A stretch of 64,000 nt of DNA, from positions 10,788,001 to 10,852,000 of the forward strand of contig OX597817.1 in the NCBI GenBank assembly GCA_951406725.2, written 5' to 3'. Both the position numbers and the translations under genes were made by a program. Within the stretch, counting starts at the first letter, position 1; every line of letters starts with the position of its first letter. The notes beneath the pieces were generated by a model. That model did no database searches, had not been told where the DNA came from, and saw only the letters and a list, made by a program, of their open reading frames with translations. Shown one piece after another: positions 63,468-64,000 of the stretch. The DNA comes from Octopus vulgaris. Taxonomy: Eukaryota.

Positions 63468-63718
63468 AATCATCATCATCATCATCATCGTTTAGCGTCC
63501 GCTTTCCATGCTTGGACAGTGCAACTGGGGTCTGGGAAGCCAGAAGGCTACACCAGGCCCAGTCTGATCTGGCAATGTTTCTACGGTTGGGTGCCCTTCC
63601 TAACGCCAAACACTCCATGAGTGTAGTGGGTGCTTTTTACGTGCCACTGGCACAGATGCCAGACGAGGCTGGCAAACGGCTACGGTCGGATGGTGCTTTT
63701 TACGTGCCACCGGCACCA
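63468..63718 (-). mobile_element. Same retroposon 3' end
   Basis: Reverse orientation with (CAT)n on the left. Confidence 0.85.
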
Positions 63719-64000
63719 TCATAAAATTAACTTTTCATTCAATGCAATGTTGAAATCAGTTTCAATGTTTTATAACCTGAACTGTCAGTGACCCAACGGG
63801 TCATGGGTAGTCTAGTTACAGAATAATTTTGTGATGCAAACCGGGTTTAAAACAGATTTTTAAAAACATTTTGAAAATAGTATTTTAAACCATTGTTTAA
63901 TCAAGGATTTGCTGATCTTGTGGGTTTATTTTACTGGAGCACCACCTTGAATGGTTTTAGTCAAAATTGACCTCAGGACCTATTTTTAAAGCCTAGTACT

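Larger units (their letters stand above)
14282..64000 (+). other. Large intron of the kindlin gene (extends past the window end)
   Basis: Starts GTAAGT. The expected next exon (DWSDHALWW-type motif) was not found by eye downstream. Confidence 0.6.

Overview
AT-rich, repeat-dense eukaryotic DNA. The SINE/LINE repertoire and (CA)/(TA) microsatellites look like an octopus/coleoid cephalopod genome (inferred from recalled repeat families, not searched). There is one host gene on the + strand, a kindlin/fermitin (unc-112-like) gene: a probable promoter and non-coding exon at ~12.2-12.5 kb, and the first coding exon at 14099-14281 (ATG 14143, F0 domain). No next exon was found, so the rest of the window (>49 kb) appears to be intron. 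The remainder is layered transposons: several tRNA-derived SINE families, RTE/CR1/L2-type LINE remnants, Helitrons, mariner and pogo relics, piggyBac-type TTAA MITEs and GG-ended MITEs with 8-bp TSDs. Almost all ORFs in the supplied track are spurious. The most interesting signal is five loci with type I hammerhead-ribozyme folds (7.8, 11.7, 20.1, 27.5-27.9 and 44.4 kb), plus three foldback elements built as inverted arms + one-sided 3' tail + 9-12 bp TSD, an architecture typical of Penelope-like retroelements. One joins a tRNA/Pol III head to a hammerhead tail, one carries a U3-A8 core variant, and one near-perfect palindrome has no recognisable ribozyme.
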